From assembly GCA_016296775.1 (NCBI GenBank), contig JAEDIE010000004.1, positions 1-59,909 on the forward strand: DNA of 59,909 bases, read 5' to 3'. Under the pieces are notes generated by a model. That model searched no databases. It was not told the DNA's origin and worked only from the letters and a program-made list of their open reading frames with translations. The number at the start of each line of letters is the position of its first letter. The stretch's first letter is position 1. Shown piece after piece: positions 1 to 8,773 of this stretch. The stretch is from Bacilli bacterium (lineage in GTDB: Bacteria; Bacillota_I; Bacilli_A; RFN20; CAG-826). A program made the translations under genes and the position numbers.

Positions 1-206
1 CGCTTTAACTTAAATACTCGAAAAAACGGAATTAGACACAAAGATTTACTTGAGGTTCAGTTGATCGAGTTTTAAAATGATTGTATCGTTAAAAAAGAAG
101 GCCTGCTAATGTTTACACAGACTTACGTGCGGACTCTTTTTTAAATCTAAAAATAAGTAATTTAATATTTTTAAAATATTAAAATAAATATTATAATAAA
201 AGCACT

Positions 207-1427
207 ATGTCAAAAGAACAAGCTGTAATTGAAATAAGAAATAGCGATATTAAGCTCCTAGTTGGGTATCTTAATGATAATGAAGGAAAGGTTACTGTTC
301 TTTATAATGAAACAATACCTCTTCAAGAAGACATCATAGGGGCTTATATCTCTTCAAAAGAAAGTGTTGTTAAAGATTTATCTAAAATAGTTCATTTAAA
401 AACAATTGATGGATTAAAAATAAACATTAACGAAGCAACTATTGTTTATCCTTCCTTTGGATTAAACGTATATTCTTCAACCAAAACTACTAATACAGTA
501 GATCCTAATTCTACTATTTGCCAAATTGATATTGATAATGTTTTATCGCTTATCAAGAAAGAAAAATTACCTAATCCTAATGATAAATTAGTTGAGATTT
601 TACCATTAAAATTTTATATAGATGGAGGAAGAACTTACGAGATGCCTCCAATTAATGAAGTTTCTTCATCGATACAATTAAGCGCTAATGTTTATGCTTT
701 ACCTAAAAATTTAACTTCTAGTTATGAAGATTGCATTTTGATGAATGGTATTAATTGTGTAAAAAAAGTTATTGCCCCAGTTGGTGTTAGTTTTTATTTA
801 GACAAGTTAAAATATAGATATCAAAAGTATATTTTAGTAGATTTTAATACTAGAATTACTACCTGTTCATTAATTGGCTCTTCAAAAGTTTATGGAAGTT
901 CTTATTTTGAATTTGGAATTAATCATTTAATTGATCAAATTATTGATGAATTCAAGATCAGTGAAGTTGAAGCTAAACATTTATTAGAATTATATGGTTT
1001 AGATTTAAGAGTAACTCAATATGATCCATACATAATCGAAACTTACATTGAAGGAGTAAATGTTAAAATTAAAAAAGAACAATTAAATACACTTATTATT
1101 AAGTTTTTAAATAAATGGATAGATAGTTTAAGAACTTGTATTTCTTCATTAAATGTTAACGCTTTAAATGTTGGTGTTATTTTACTTTATGGAGAAAGTA
1201 TTAATTTTAAAGGATTTAAAGAATATATAATCAATAGTATAAACTTAAAGATTGAATTTATTGATACACATGTAGTTGGTTGTGAAGATTCTTCTTTCGT
1301 GAATTGTGTTGGTGCTTTATTTTATTCTTCATTTTATAAAGGTAGTTCAAACGATATAAATACTGTTAAAAAAGTTAATAAAGTGTCTCGTGATGAAGAA
1401 TATAGTGAAATAAAGGATGAATTATAG
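207..1427 (+). CDS. ftsA: FtsA-like cell-division protein (actin fold, divergent)
   Basis: The 406-aa ORF ends 11 nt upstream of ftsZ, the canonical ftsA position. Length and overall pattern fit FtsA, but the phosphate-binding loops are degenerate (see findings). No clear SD precedes the ATG. Confidence 0.7.
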   Translation: MSKEQAVIEIRNSDIKLLVGYLNDNEGKVTVLYNETIPLQEDIIGAYISSKESVVKDLSKIVHLKTIDGLKININEATIVYPSFGLNVYSSTKTTNTVDPNSTICQIDIDNVLSLIKKEKLPNPNDKLVEILPLKFYIDGGRTYEMPPINEVSSSIQLSANVYALPKNLTSSYEDCILMNGINCVKKVIAPVGVSFYLDKLKYRYQKYILVDFNTRITTCSLIGSSKVYGSSYFEFGINHLIDQIIDEFKISEVEAKHLLELYGLDLRVTQYDPYIIETYIEGVNVKIKKEQLNTLIIKFLNKWIDSLRTCISSLNVNALNVGVILLYGESINFKGFKEYIINSINLKIEFIDTHVVGCEDSSFVNCVGALFYSSFYKGSSNDINTVKKVNKVSRDEEYSEIKDEL

Positions 1428-1438
1428 GAGGTGTTAAA

Positions 1439-2518
1439 ATGGATGATTTAGATAGCTTTGAACCTGTAGCAAGAATCATTGTAATTGGTGTTGGTGGAGC
1501 AGGAAATAATGCTGTTAATAGAATGATTGAAGATTCAATATCAAATGTTGAATTTTATGTTTTAAACACCGATAAACAAGCTTTATCTTTAAGCAAAGCA
1601 AAAAATAGAATAACTATTGGAAAAGATGTAACAAAAGGGTTAGGGGCTGGTGGAGAACCTTCTGTTGGAAGACAAGCAGCTGAAGCAAGTAAAGAAGAGA
1701 TTAAAGAAATCATCAAAGGCGCTAATTTAGTTTTTGTTGCTGCTGGTATGGGTGGAGGTACTGGAACTGGTGCCGCTCCTGTTATTTGTAGAATTGCTAA
1801 AGAAGAAGGAGCTTTAGCTATTGCTATTGTTACAAGACCATTTAGTTTTGAAGGAAATAAAAAGATTCAATATTCTGTCGAAGGATTAAATGAATTAAAA
1901 GAAAATTGTGATGCTTTAATCGTTGTTAGTAATGATAAATTAATTACACATGCAGGTAAATTATCTTTAATGAATGCTTTTTCTGAAGCTGATGGAGTTT
2001 TATCTTTAAGTGTTAAAACTGTTACAGATTTAATCTTAATGCCAGCTATTATGAATAGTGACTATGCTGATGTTGAAAGATTATTAAAAGGTGAAGGAGT
2101 TGCATTTATTGGATTTGGAACTGGTAGAGGTCCTAAAAAGAGTGAAGATGCTGCTTTAAGTGCTTTAAATTGTGATTATATTGAACAATCAATCGTTGGA
2201 GCTACAAAAGGAATTTGTCATATTACTTGTGGTCCTGATGTAACTTTGTTTGAAGCTCAAGAATGTATTAACCATATAGTTCAAAGAAGTGGAAAACAAA
2301 TGGATCTTAAATTTGGAATTTGTGTTAATGATCAATTGGAAGATAGTATTGCTGTTTCACTTTTAGCAAGTGGATATGGTAACGAAGTCAACTTTGAAGC
2401 TAAAAAGATTGAAGATATTGTACCTCAACATGAATCTTTATCTTTTGAAGAAGAAAATAAAAAGGATGATGACTTTGAAAATGACATCATCCCAGCTTTC
2501 TTAGAAGATAAATTTTAG
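1439..2518 (+). CDS. ftsZ: Cell-division GTPase FtsZ
   Basis: Carries GVGGAGNNAVNRM, the tubulin signature GGGTGTGAAPV, and the C-terminal conserved peptide DIIPAFL. SD GGAGG lies upstream. Confidence 0.97.
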   Translation: MDDLDSFEPVARIIVIGVGGAGNNAVNRMIEDSISNVEFYVLNTDKQALSLSKAKNRITIGKDVTKGLGAGGEPSVGRQAAEASKEEIKEIIKGANLVFVAAGMGGGTGTGAAPVICRIAKEEGALAIAIVTRPFSFEGNKKIQYSVEGLNELKENCDALIVVSNDKLITHAGKLSLMNAFSEADGVLSLSVKTVTDLILMPAIMNSDYADVERLLKGEGVAFIGFGTGRGPKKSEDAALSALNCDYIEQSIVGATKGICHITCGPDVTLFEAQECINHIVQRSGKQMDLKFGICVNDQLEDSIAVSLLASGYGNEVNFEAKKIEDIVPQHESLSFEEENKKDDDFENDIIPAFLEDKF

Positions 2519-3810
2519 TTAATTTTTTCTAAAATTAATGGTTCAGTAATTGTTAAGGAATTATCTTTAACTTCAATTACATTATTGCTTATTAAATCCT
2601 TATATTTACCATCGAGTAAGTAAGGATTTTTTATATTTAAAGCTCTTTTAGAGAAGTTAAATAAACCTAAAGTATATTTATCTAATGTTCTATAGTCATT
2701 TCTAATAGCTAAATACAAGCCTTTTTCTTCACTAATTGTACTCAAAGCTATATCTTGGTTTGTTTCATCTCTTTTAATAGAAATTAATTTTTTAACTAAT
2801 TCAAACCAATCTTTATCAATGTGAGTATCCATTAAATCTTTATCAAATAAGGTAATATGTCTAGCTTGTTTCGTTTCTAAACCATTACAAACAAAACTAC
2901 ATCCATCTAAATAAAATTCATAAGCTAAAATGTTTCTTCTTAATTGTTTATTTTTTGTAAGTTCTGCAATTCTACAAGAATCATGGTTCTCATATCCTCT
3001 AATACGGAGCCCTCCTTCAGGAAGAGTTTGATATTCATTAGCTAAAATTGTCTTATATTTTTCAAAATAGAGTGGATCTTCTGTTTCAAAATATTTATTT
3101 AGGTAAGATCTTGAATTATATTCATATAATAAATCAAATCCATAGGATATAAATTCCCCATCACTTAATCCATTAAATCCTTTTCTTCTAGCTTCTAAAT
3201 TAAAAGAATAGTCAATAGATTCGCATAGCATAATAATATGAGGATATTTATTTAAAAGTCTAGTTTTTACATTAAACCAAAATGTTTTAGGAATTAAACT
3301 TCCAACATCAAATCTAAATCCATCAATACCGAAAGTAATATACTTTTCAAGAGAATTAATTAAATAAGTTTGAAGTTGATCATTCGAATAATCTAAATCA
3401 AAAACATCACTCCAATCACCTAGTTTATTAGCAAAGTTCCCATCTTTATCTTTATAAAACCATTCAGGATGCTCATTTAATAGTTTTGAATCTCTTGAAG
3501 TGTGGTTATATACGATATCTAAAATAATTTTTATATTTAATGAATGAGCTTTATTAATCAATTTTCTAAAATCATTCCATGTTCCGTATTCTTCATTAAT
3601 TTCATTATAATCTTTAATTGCATAAGGACTTCCTAAACTTCCTTTTCTACCTACTATTCCAATTGGGCAAATAGGCAAGAGTTGAATTATATTGCATCCT
3701 AAATCTTTAATATATTCTAATTTTTTAGTTAACCCTTTAAAATCACCTTCTTTTGTAAAGTTTCTTACAAATACTTGATATATACACGAATTTTTTAAAT
3801 AAGTTTTCAT
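2515..3810 (-). CDS. Cytoplasmic GH13 alpha-amylase-family glycosidase
   Basis: GH13 conserved regions are present: DIVYNHTS, DGFRFDVGS (nucleophile Asp), MLCES, YENHDS. No signal peptide. SD AAGGAG upstream. The 3' end overlaps the ftsZ stop by 4 nt (convergent). Confidence 0.85.
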   Translation of the reverse strand: MKTYLKNSCIYQVFVRNFTKEGDFKGLTKKLEYIKDLGCNIIQLLPICPIGIVGRKGSLGSPYAIKDYNEINEEYGTWNDFRKLINKAHSLNIKIILDIVYNHTSRDSKLLNEHPEWFYKDKDGNFANKLGDWSDVFDLDYSNDQLQTYLINSLEKYITFGIDGFRFDVGSLIPKTFWFNVKTRLLNKYPHIIMLCESIDYSFNLEARRKGFNGLSDGEFISYGFDLLYEYNSRSYLNKYFETEDPLYFEKYKTILANEYQTLPEGGLRIRGYENHDSCRIAELTKNKQLRRNILAYEFYLDGCSFVCNGLETKQARHITLFDKDLMDTHIDKDWFELVKKLISIKRDETNQDIALSTISEEKGLYLAIRNDYRTLDKYTLGLFNFSKRALNIKNPYLLDGKYKDLISNNVIEVKDNSLTITEPLILEKIN

Positions 3811-3932
3811 AACAGTACTCCTTAGCTATAATATATTAAATTTTAAACTATATTTAAATATAAAAACCGATAAGAAAATAAAAATTGAAAAGCATTATAT
3901 TAGTTTATATTATAAAGAAAAAAGAGAAGTTT

Positions 3933-4769
3933 ATGAAAAAGCATAGTTTGTTGATTAGTACTGTATGTTTTCTTAGTCTTTTTAGTTGTACTAATAATGA
4001 TGTAACAAATAGCTATAAGGAAATTGATGTTAATGAAGCGTTTACTATAAAAGAAAATATTTCTCATTTGTATGAAAATGAATTTGTATTTCCAGAAGAT
4101 ATTTGTTTATTTTTTAGTATGGAAGCATTAGAAACTGATGAAGATAATAACGAAGAAAGAATATCTGCAAATTATGAATTTCATAGTGTTTTATCTCAAA
4201 ATTACTTTTTAAAAAAGGAATCTAGAAGTGGTGAAACAGGTTTATATAGTGAAGAATATGTTTATTATAAGGATGATGCAATAATTGTTGCTCATAATAT
4301 ACAATCTAGTAGTATTGCATATCAAAATTATATGGAACATAAATGTAGTGAAGAAGAGTTTTTACCATACTTAGAAGAAAAAGGATATAACATTAATTTA
4401 GCTCCTTATACAGTTAATGGAATGAGTACTGATTTTTTCGAGTTTATAGATTATATCTATAATAGTGAACATGGCATTATAGATGATGTTGAATTTAGTA
4501 ACGATATAGATTCTTATGATTTAAAGTATAAAACAAAGGGTGAAGGAAGTTTAAGAATTGAAGGAAATTTAACTATAACTGATAGTACAACAAGTGAAAA
4601 CATGAATGTGGAAGTTTTATATGAAATTGAAAACAATCTTCTACTTATCCACACTTATAAAACTTCTAAAAATAATGAAATTATAGAAAATTATAATTAT
4701 CAGTTTGCATATGGAGATACTGATTGTATAAAATATCCTGACTTGTCTATATATACAAAAGTGGAGTAA
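3933..4769 (+). CDS. Putative lipoprotein, unknown function
   Basis: I prefer the internal ATG at 3933 (MKKHSLLISTVCFLSLFSC), which gives a signal peptide plus lipobox Cys, with a purine-rich SD-like AAAGAGAAG upstream. I recognise no family. Confidence 0.6.
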   Translation: MKKHSLLISTVCFLSLFSCTNNDVTNSYKEIDVNEAFTIKENISHLYENEFVFPEDICLFFSMEALETDEDNNEERISANYEFHSVLSQNYFLKKESRSGETGLYSEEYVYYKDDAIIVAHNIQSSSIAYQNYMEHKCSEEEFLPYLEEKGYNINLAPYTVNGMSTDFFEFIDYIYNSEHGIIDDVEFSNDIDSYDLKYKTKGEGSLRIEGNLTITDSTTSENMNVEVLYEIENNLLLIHTYKTSKNNEIIENYNYQFAYGDTDCIKYPDLSIYTKVE

Positions 4770-4785
4770 GGTATACCCTATTTAC

Positions 4786-4894
4786 TTGCTTTTATTTAAC
4801 TTTTTTTGTATATTATTTAAGCACGCATTTCGTAGTAAAACGAATCTCCAACGTTTACCTCGAAATGGGGAAGAAATATTGAAAGGAGAAAAAA
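4786..4894 (+). promoter_or_regulatory. rpsO promoter plus structured 5' leader (candidate S15 autoregulatory element)
   Basis: Promoter TTGCTT (4786-4791), 17 nt spacer, TATATT (4809-4814). A perfect 7-bp helix CATTTCG (4826-4832) / CGAAATG (4861-4867) encloses a 5-bp hairpin 4838-4842 / 4852-4856. SD AAAGGAG at 4882. Confidence 0.4.
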
Positions 4895-5164
4895 ATGGCT
4901 TTAACAAAGGAAACAAAAAGTACAATCGTTACAAGTTTTGGCAAAGATGCTAAAGATACTGGTAGTGTTGAAGTTCAAGTCGCTTTATTAACAGAACGTA
5001 TTAAAGCTTTAACTGCTCACTTAAAGAAAAACGATAAAGACTCAATTGCTAGACGTGGATTATTAATTCAAGTCGGTAAGAGAAAATCACTTCTTGCTTA
5101 TTTAGAAAGAACTGATAGAGAAGCTTACGCAAGATTAATTGCTAAACTTGGTTTAAGAAAATAA
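4895..5164 (+). CDS. rpsO: 30S ribosomal protein S15
   Basis: The 89-aa product has the typical S15 sequence (GSVEVQVALLTERI...HLKKNDKDSIARRGLL). Confidence 0.97.
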   Translation: MALTKETKSTIVTSFGKDAKDTGSVEVQVALLTERIKALTAHLKKNDKDSIARRGLLIQVGKRKSLLAYLERTDREAYARLIAKLGLRK

Positions 5165-5184
5165 TAAATTTTATTAAACAATTG

Positions 5185-5210
5185 AAAGACCCTTATGGGT
5201 CTTTTATTAT
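5185..5210 (+). terminator. Rho-independent terminator of rpsO
   Basis: Stem AAAGACCC (5185-5192), loop TTAT, stem GGGTCTTT (5197-5204), followed by a T-rich tail. Confidence 0.8.
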
Positions 5211-5220
5211 ATATAAAAGT

Positions 5221-6954
5221 ATGGATAAAGCATTTTACTCAACAAAAAAATATATTCCTTATTTAATAATTGGACCTCTATTCAAGGTAATAGAAGTAAT
5301 TTTTGAATTATTTACTCCATTTTTAATGAAATATATTGTCGATGTTGGATATTCATATGCCTTTGAATATAACGATTATTCTAAAATTATTTATCCAGGC
5401 TTAATTATGATAGCTTTTGCTATATTTGGTTTTTGTTCTACTTTAGTTTGTCAAAAGTTGGCTTCAATTGCTTCTCAAGGAAGTGGAACTGAATTAAGAA
5501 ATAAGATTTATAAAAAAATAATTAATTTAAGTAGTGTAGATATTGATCATTTTGGAAAAGGTAATCTAGTTAACATTCTTACTAATGATGTTAATAGAAT
5601 TCAATCTGTTGTAGCAATGTTAATTAGGTTAGTTATTAGAGCTCCAATACTTGTTGTTGGTAGTGTTATTTGTGCCTTTTTAATTGATGTTTATGCTGGA
5701 ATCATATTTGTTTCAATTGTTCCTATTGTTATGTTTATTTATTTCTTAATTTTAAAAATAAGTGGGAAACAATATAAAAAAGTTCAAATGCAAAACGATA
5801 AAATAGTTGAAAAAACTAATGATGATATTAATGGTATAAGAGCTATTAAATCTTTTAATAATGAAGAAAAAGAGATTATAGAATACGAAAATTTAACTAA
5901 ATCTTTTTATAAAGAAAGTAAAAAAGCAATATTAACTAATGAATTAATTAACCCTTTAACTATATTTATTGTTAATGTTGCTATATTAGGAGTTATTTAT
6001 TTATCTACCTTTACATTTAAAAATAGTTCAATTTCCTATGATAAAGGAGATGTTGTTGCTTTAATTTCATATTTAAATTCTATTCTTTTAGCATTAATTG
6101 CTTTATGTAATTTAATTTTAGTATTTACAAAAGGATTTTCTTCTAATGCTAGAATTAATGAGTTTTTAAACTATAAAGAAGTTATTGAAGATAATGGAAA
6201 AATAGTTAAAGAATCAATTAATGAAGGAGAAAATTTAATTAAGTTTAATGATGTTTCATTATCGTTTAATAATGAAAATAATGTGCTAAATCATATAGAT
6301 TTTGAAATAAATAAGGGTGAAATAATTGGTTTAATTGGTGGGACTGGAAGTGGTAAATCTTTGTTAATTAAAGTATTAGAAAGATTCTATGAATTTAATG
6401 AAGGCGAAGTACTTTATAAAGGAATAAATATCAAAAATTATGATATTAAAGCTTTACGAGAAGATATTGGTTTTGTTAGTCAAAAGGCTCAATTTTTAAA
6501 AGGTACAATTAAATCTAATATGTTAATTGGTAAAAGTGATGCTACTGATAAAGAAATAATTGAAGCTTTAAAATTAGCAAAAGCTTATGATTTTGTAAAA
6601 GAATATGAAGATACAATTAATCATGAAGTATTAGAAGGTGGAAAGAATTTTAGTGGTGGTCAAAAACAAAGATTATCTATTGCTAGAGGTATTTTAAGTG
6701 CGAAAGAACTACTTATTTTAGATGATTCAACTAGTGCTTTAGATTATTTAACCGATAAAGAAGTAAGAAAAAATTTAAAGAAAAAGAAGATTACTACCAT
6801 AATTATTTCTCAACGCTGTTCTTCAATTATGGATGCAACTAGAATTTATATTTTAGAACATGGAGAAGTTGTTGGTGTAGGAACACATAAACAATTATTA
6901 AAGAAAAATGAAGTATATCAAGAAATTTATGCTTCTCAAACAAGGAGCAAATAA
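5221..6954 (+). CDS. ABC exporter half-transporter (TMD-NBD), degenerate-site partner
   Basis: Start moved to ATG 5221 because the track start at 5182 lies inside the rpsO terminator. Six-TM N-terminal region. Walker A GGTGSGKS, signature FSGGQKQR, Walker B LLILDDSTS (catalytic Glu replaced by Asp). Confidence 0.85.
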   Translation: MDKAFYSTKKYIPYLIIGPLFKVIEVIFELFTPFLMKYIVDVGYSYAFEYNDYSKIIYPGLIMIAFAIFGFCSTLVCQKLASIASQGSGTELRNKIYKKIINLSSVDIDHFGKGNLVNILTNDVNRIQSVVAMLIRLVIRAPILVVGSVICAFLIDVYAGIIFVSIVPIVMFIYFLILKISGKQYKKVQMQNDKIVEKTNDDINGIRAIKSFNNEEKEIIEYENLTKSFYKESKKAILTNELINPLTIFIVNVAILGVIYLSTFTFKNSSISYDKGDVVALISYLNSILLALIALCNLILVFTKGFSSNARINEFLNYKEVIEDNGKIVKESINEGENLIKFNDVSLSFNNENNVLNHIDFEINKGEIIGLIGGTGSGKSLLIKVLERFYEFNEGEVLYKGINIKNYDIKALREDIGFVSQKAQFLKGTIKSNMLIGKSDATDKEIIEALKLAKAYDFVKEYEDTINHEVLEGGKNFSGGQKQRLSIARGILSAKELLILDDSTSALDYLTDKEVRKNLKKKKITTIIISQRCSSIMDATRIYILEHGEVVGVGTHKQLLKKNEVYQEIYASQTRSK

Positions 6955-6955
6955 T

Positions 6956-8731
6956 ATGAAATATACAAAAAGAATGAGGAAATACATATTTAAATACAAA
7001 GGAAGACTATTTTTTGGATTTCTTTTTGGTACTTTATTTTCGGCTTGTGATATTTTAATTCCTTTTATAATTGGTAATATTATAGATATATTTGAAGATA
7101 CTTTATCTTTATCTTCTACACAAGGTATTGAATTAGGAATACAAAATATTATTACTCATATTCTTTATATTGCCGCTTTAGTTATTCTTCTTATTTTATT
7201 TAATTATTTGTTTGGAATAATAATATCTTTAACTGGAGAAAGAATTTGTAAAGATATTAAAAACGATTTATTTGAAAAAATTAATAGTATGCCTATTAAA
7301 TCAATTGATTCTAAACAAAGGGGTGATTTAGTATCTAGAATCATTAATGATGTTGATTATGTAAATACTGCAATTAATGGAGCATTTAAACAATTCTATT
7401 CAGGATTAATAACAATTATATTCACTATTGTTTTTACGTTTATTTTAAACTGGATGCTTGCATTAATCGTATTAATTCTTACTCCAATTTCTTTCTTAGT
7501 TTCATATTATGTAGCAAAAGGATGCTTTAAATCATTTAAAGAACAATCTGCAATTCAAGGTAATATTGGAGCAAAAATATTAGAAGATTTGAATAATATT
7601 GAATTAATTAAATCAACTAATTATGAAAAAGAATCTATTAAAAAGTTTGAAAGTATAAATGCTAATTTATTTGTTGTAGGTAAAAAAGCCCAATTCTATT
7701 CAAGTTTAACTAATCCTTCAACAAGAATTATTAACAACATAATTTATGCTATTCTTTGTATTGTTGGAGTTGTTTTATGTGCTTTAGCTTATTATAAAGA
7801 AAACAATATGATTTTAGGTGCAACATGTACAATTGGTATTATTACATCTTTCCTTCAATATGCTAATAAATTTGCTAAACCATTTAATGAAATGAGCTCT
7901 TGTTTTGGAGAAATTGAACAAGGATTATCTTCATTTAAACGAATTAACGATATATTAAATGAAGAAGATGATATAGATATTGGAACTACTAAAATTACTA
8001 CTAAAGTTAGAAATTTAACTTTTGATAAGGTTAATTTTAGTTATGAACAAAATAAACCTTTAATTCAAGATTTCTCATTTAATATTAATAAAGGTGATCA
8101 TATTGCTTTAGTTGGTCCAACAGGATGTGGAAAAACAACAATGATTAATTTAATAATGAGATATTATGATCCAAATAATGGAAGTATTGAATTAAATGGA
8201 GTAGATACTCAAATTATTAAAAAGTCTTCATTAAGAAGTAAAATTGGATTAGTTTTACAAGATACTTGGATTTTTAAAGGTACTGTTTTTGAAAACATTA
8301 AGTATTCTAAACCAAATGCAACTAAAGAAGAGGTAATTGAGGCAAGTAAAAATGCCAATGCATATTCTTTTATTAGTAAACTTCCAAATGGATTTGACAC
8401 CATAATTAGTGATGATTCAGGATTAAGTAATGGTCAAAAACAACTTATTAATATTGCTAGAGTTATGTTAAAGAATCCTGAAATTATGATCTTAGATGAA
8501 GCAACTAGCAATATCGATACTAGAAGTGAAAGAAAAATTATTAAAGCTTTTAATGAATTAACAAGAAATAAAACTAGTTTTATTATTGCTCATAGATTAT
8601 CAACAATTGTTAATAGCGATAATATTATTGTAATGAAAGATGGACATATAATTGAGGTAGGAAAACACGAAGAATTATTAGCTAAAAAAGGATTCTATTA
8701 CGAATTATTTAACGCTCAATTTGACAACTAA
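6956..8731 (+). CDS. ABC exporter half-transporter (TMD-NBD), consensus-site partner
   Basis: Start at ATG 6956 is preceded by AAGGAG and lies 1 nt after the upstream stop. Walker A GPTGCGKT, deviant signature LSNGQKQL, Walker B IMILDEATS. Confidence 0.85.
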   Translation: MKYTKRMRKYIFKYKGRLFFGFLFGTLFSACDILIPFIIGNIIDIFEDTLSLSSTQGIELGIQNIITHILYIAALVILLILFNYLFGIIISLTGERICKDIKNDLFEKINSMPIKSIDSKQRGDLVSRIINDVDYVNTAINGAFKQFYSGLITIIFTIVFTFILNWMLALIVLILTPISFLVSYYVAKGCFKSFKEQSAIQGNIGAKILEDLNNIELIKSTNYEKESIKKFESINANLFVVGKKAQFYSSLTNPSTRIINNIIYAILCIVGVVLCALAYYKENNMILGATCTIGIITSFLQYANKFAKPFNEMSSCFGEIEQGLSSFKRINDILNEEDDIDIGTTKITTKVRNLTFDKVNFSYEQNKPLIQDFSFNINKGDHIALVGPTGCGKTTMINLIMRYYDPNNGSIELNGVDTQIIKKSSLRSKIGLVLQDTWIFKGTVFENIKYSKPNATKEEVIEASKNANAYSFISKLPNGFDTIISDDSGLSNGQKQLINIARVMLKNPEIMILDEATSNIDTRSERKIIKAFNELTRNKTSFIIAHRLSTIVNSDNIIVMKDGHIIEVGKHEELLAKKGFYYELFNAQFDN

Positions 8732-8773
8732 AATAAGTGGAAATTAACATGTTAAATCAATATAATAAAGCAT

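Noticed and set aside
1-206. An open frame runs off the left edge and stops at TAA 73-75 (...LLEVQLIEF*). A T-run lies at about 138-144 and might be a terminator or small RNA.
   Set aside because: Only 24 codons are visible, too few to identify the gene. I could not find a convincing stem preceding the T-run, so no feature is called.
4770-4785. Palindrome GGTATACC just after the lipoprotein gene, considered as a possible terminator.
   Set aside because: It is a loop-less 8-nt palindrome with no adjacent T-run, so it is not a credible intrinsic terminator.
5182-5220. N-terminal extensions proposed by the ORF track: 5182 (ABC exporter), 3885 (lipoprotein), 6908 (second ABC exporter), 11097 (mnmA), 13751-13786 (rpmB), 23842 (pheS), 32007 (secE), 39490 (rpoC), 43834 (cmk), 50377 (ABC-FtsX paralog 1), 56580 (ispF), 57088 (gltX).
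   Set aside because: Each extension overlaps a terminator, a riboswitch or the upstream gene. Each also has an internal ATG with a proper SD that yields the canonical conserved N-terminus.
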